Below are positions 61,430 through 64,000 of a DNA stretch of 64,000 bases, in pieces (the stretch's first letter is position 1; each line of letters opens with the position of its first letter). The notes beneath the pieces were generated by a model. That model made no database searches. It was given only the letters and a program-made list of their open reading frames with translations, and had not been told where the DNA came from. The DNA is taken from positions 1-64,000 of the forward strand of contig QPGO01000010.1 in assembly GCA_008632985.1 (NCBI GenBank), in the 5' to 3' direction. The DNA is from Psammoneis japonica (lineage: Eukaryota). Made by a program: the position numbers and the translations under genes.

Positions 61430-63928
61430 TCAGTAATACTTGCTCCAAGCTGACCCATTACAACCATGCAATCTCCATTTTGTCCTCATACTCAACTTCT
61501 GTGGTTTCTTCAGCGTCCATCGGATCGTCAATCCCCATCGTTGACCGTGGATGCCACGAATCTTTTGCATTTTCTTGGCTCTTCTTTTCTTTCGGAGCTT
61601 TTCACGGGACACCCGTTTCTTCATTTCAATGTCTTTTTGGATGGTTTCGCACGACTTGGGCGACGATCGACGGGTGCGGGGTGCTTGTACTTTCGTTCGG
61701 ACGAGCAAGTGAGGGGCAAACGGATTGTGCGATGCTTGCGCTTGGTTCAAATACGAATCGTTGACGTCAGAAGGCTCTTCGAGTTGCTCCGCCAATTCCA
61801 AATTCGCGCTCTTCTTCTCACTCTCTTCGTCCGCGTTATTCAAGCCAGGAGCTGAGCATTCAGCATCATTGGAAACACGTTGCTCATCGCGACTGGAGTG
61901 CGCAATCTGCTGGAGACAGGATTTTCCCTCCTCGATGCGCATGCGGTGTTGTCGGAAAGTGATTTGGATCTTGGTGGCGGCGATAATCCACGTGCGACGT
62001 TGCTTGTTAAAGCGCTTAAAGGTGACTTGTATTGCCAAAGCTGCGGATTTCTTGGTTACAAAGTTTCGAAATGCACTCTGAATTGTCACAGCAGCAGCAT
62101 TCTTGGCAGCAGCACGTTTCAGGATGCATCGAAAGGCAAGCTGGATCGTTTTAACTGCACTGATCTGTTTACGGATCATGCACCATCTTGCTGCCCTTTT
62201 CTTTTCGCGACGCTCCTCTGCGGCGCGTCTGTTGGTCTCTTTCATGGTCGCGTTGCTGGCCAGCATGTTTTGCTTTTGGGGGTGAACCTTCCTGCGCGGC
62301 TTTCGTTTGTTAACAGGCTTGCGGGTATCCCCGTCATTCGTTGAAGATAAGAGTCCCTGCGGATCATTGATCGGAGCGGGACTGGGATTCCCGTCACGCT
62401 GGATCGTTTTAACTGCTCCGATCTTTTCACGACCCATGCACCATCTTGCTGCCCTTTTCTTTTTGCGACGCTCCTCTGTGCATCGTTTGTTGGTCTCTTT
62501 CAAGGTCGCGTCACTGGCCAGCATGTTTAGCTTTTGGGGGTGAACCTTCCTGCGCGGCTTTCGTTTGTTCACAGGCTTGCGGGCATCCCCGTCATTCGCT
62601 GAAGATAAGAGACCTTGCGGATCATTGATTACAGCCGGACCGGGATTCTCGTAAGATTGCTCTGCCGTTGGAACCATATTCGGCGCATCCGACGGGACCG
62701 ATGGGGGTTTGTTGTCACTAGCTTGAGCTTCCAGGACTGTTGAGGCATCCGACGATGGGCCGCGACTTTCCGTTTCTACCGCGCGCAGGGTATCTGACGG
62801 AACCAGCAAAGATGTGTCACTGGGCCGACCTGTCCGACCGGTTGATACATCCGTCGATAGACAAGGACCTTCTGTTGGTGCCACAGTTGGTGCCTCCGCG
62901 GCGTTGTCCAAACTCTTTTGCACCTCCACGCGAGCCTTGTGCAATTCCCAGCGACTGTGTGCACGTTGGAGCCGTCGACACTTGAAAGACAACGGTTTGT
63001 CATTGGCTCGAGTTTCGATAGGCACATCTTCCTCCGATTCTTCCATGAAGTCATTAGTGTTCTGCCGGGTATTGGTACAAACGTTGGGTCCAATATACGT
63101 AGTCAGTGGCATGGGATACGCATCCCTGCCAGTTGGCGGTGTGTTTGCAGAGTTCTCGTAGCTGGGAATAGTCAACAACACAGAGTGTGCGACCCTGATG
63201 CTTGCCAATGTGTTCGTAGAGTTCTGGTGGCTAGGAAAAGTCAATGACATAGAATGTGCGACCCTACCACTTGCAAGCGTGTTCGTAGAGTTCTCGTTTC
63301 TGGGATGAGTTTGCGTGGTGGTCAACGAACGCGAGGAGGTTGGACGCGGGAACGTGAGGACCGCCTTGGCAACAATACAAGGACCGGTTGTTGTGCCATT
63401 TTGCCCAAGTAGAATGCTTGCTTGTACGCTTGGAAGTATCGATTGCCACTTCTTGAGAGTTTCAAGTACAGCCGTCTCAAAATCGTCGGGATCGGCGTCG
63501 CACGAGCCAGGCTTAAAGACGAGTTCAACGCCGGCGCAAACAACGGAGCTTGTATAAAATAAAACGCCCGCGCGGTTGATCACACCAGTAAAAGTAGGGG
63601 TCATTCTCGTCATGTAGGATGGAAAATAGTCCATGACAGCCTGGGTGGATCCTTGATAGGTCGTGGACGGAAACTTGAAAATCGGCTCGACTCGAGTTTT
63701 GGCGGCAAGGCGCACGAGCTTCTCGATGGACGATTTGAACCAAGCGTAGGGCGACTTGAAGTACACAACGTTGACATTGGAGTATGGAACAATCGACAGA
63801 GTCTCTGGGGTTGTCGGGGTTAGAATGAGTTGGGTCCTTCCCGTTTCCTCATCGTCGAAAAGCTTCTTCGAGATCGGTTCCAACGCGAGAAAGACGGAAA
63901 AGGCGGCAAGGACGCGGTTGCTGACCAA
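61430..63928 (-). CDS. Large protein with IQ calmodulin-binding-like motifs and internal repeats; start and end uncertain
   Basis: 832-codon ORF with AVKTIQLAFR, AAVTIQSAFR, AALAIQVTFK and AATKIQITFR. Contains an 80-aa duplication and three 23-aa repeats. No clean ATG start in frame near the 5' end. Confidence 0.65.
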   Translation of the reverse strand: MVSNRVLAAFSVFLALEPISKKLFDDEETGRTQLILTPTTPETLSIVPYSNVNVVYFKSPYAWFKSSIEKLVRLAAKTRVEPIFKFPSTTYQGSTQAVMDYFPSYMTRMTPTFTGVINRAGVLFYTSSVVCAGVELVFKPGSCDADPDDFETAVLETLKKWQSILPSVQASILLGQNGTTTGPCIVAKAVLTFPRPTSSRSLTTTQTHPRNENSTNTLASGRVAHSMSLTFPSHQNSTNTLASIRVAHSVLLTIPSYENSANTPPTGRDAYPMPLTTYIGPNVCTNTRQNTNDFMEESEEDVPIETRANDKPLSFKCRRLQRAHSRWELHKARVEVQKSLDNAAEAPTVAPTEGPCLSTDVSTGRTGRPSDTSLLVPSDTLRAVETESRGPSSDASTVLEAQASDNKPPSVPSDAPNMVPTAEQSYENPGPAVINDPQGLLSSANDGDARKPVNKRKPRRKVHPQKLNMLASDATLKETNKRCTEERRKKKRAARWCMGREKIGAVKTIQRDGNPSPAPINDPQGLLSSTNDGDTRKPVNKRKPRRKVHPQKQNMLASNATMKETNRRAAEERREKKRAARWCMIRKQISAVKTIQLAFRCILKRAAAKNAAAVTIQSAFRNFVTKKSAALAIQVTFKRFNKQRRTWIIAATKIQITFRQHRMRIEEGKSCLQQIAHSSRDEQRVSNDAECSAPGLNNADEESEKKSANLELAEQLEEPSDVNDSYLNQAQASHNPFAPHLLVRTKVQAPRTRRSSPKSCETIQKDIEMKKRVSREKLRKKRRAKKMQKIRGIHGQRWGLTIRWTLKKPQKLSMRTKWRLHGCNGSAWSKYY
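62140..62632. repeat. Coding tandem duplication, 240 bp x2
   Basis: GCTGGATCGTTTTAACTGC at ~62140 and ~62398; CATGCACCATCTTGCTGCCCTTTTC, CTGGCCAGCATGTTT and GGGTGAACCTTCCTGCGCGG occur twice; encodes INDPQGLLSS...RAARWCM x2. Confidence 0.9.
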
Positions 63929-64000
63929 AGCGATGACACAGCCAATGACGCAGCAGAGAGAACAATAAAGATCAAAAGGGTGACTGACATGGTTGATGTA

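Overview
Eukaryotic genomic DNA with short GT-AG introns, most likely from a diatom (CoDi-type copia remnant, DUF6824 protein, diatom-type LRR genes, SLC4 transporter). The window alternates between two compartments. (1) Normal-composition gene islands hold a 5-exon SUMO-like/zinc-finger gene and a lipase-3 pseudogene in a tandem segmental duplication, two LRR genes, an MFS transporter, a DUF6824 protein, a fucosyltransferase-like gene, SLC4, an NmrA-like protein, a long MLO-like protein, DNAJC21/Jjj1-like, a clan-86-like P450 and an IQ-motif protein. (2) Six sharply bounded blocks (~1-7010, 12380-13070, 17240-20100, 28060-31040, 41600-48540, 53110-56650; roughly 24 kb, over a third of the window) have almost no TpA dinucleotides and abundant CpA/TpG. 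These blocks contain decayed transposons and gene copies in which Tyr codons read as His/Cys and Arg codons as Gln/Trp/His/stop. An eroded paralogue at ~6620-7010 can be aligned by eye to intact copies at ~10600-10950 and shows TA->TG/CA substitutions directly. This points to a domain-restricted, context-specific A:T->G:C hypermutation process, opposite in direction to fungal RIP and acting alongside CpG decay; it is the main candidate for an undescribed system. Several conserved genes carry single-base frameshifts that may be assembly errors. All calls were made by eye, with no searches run.
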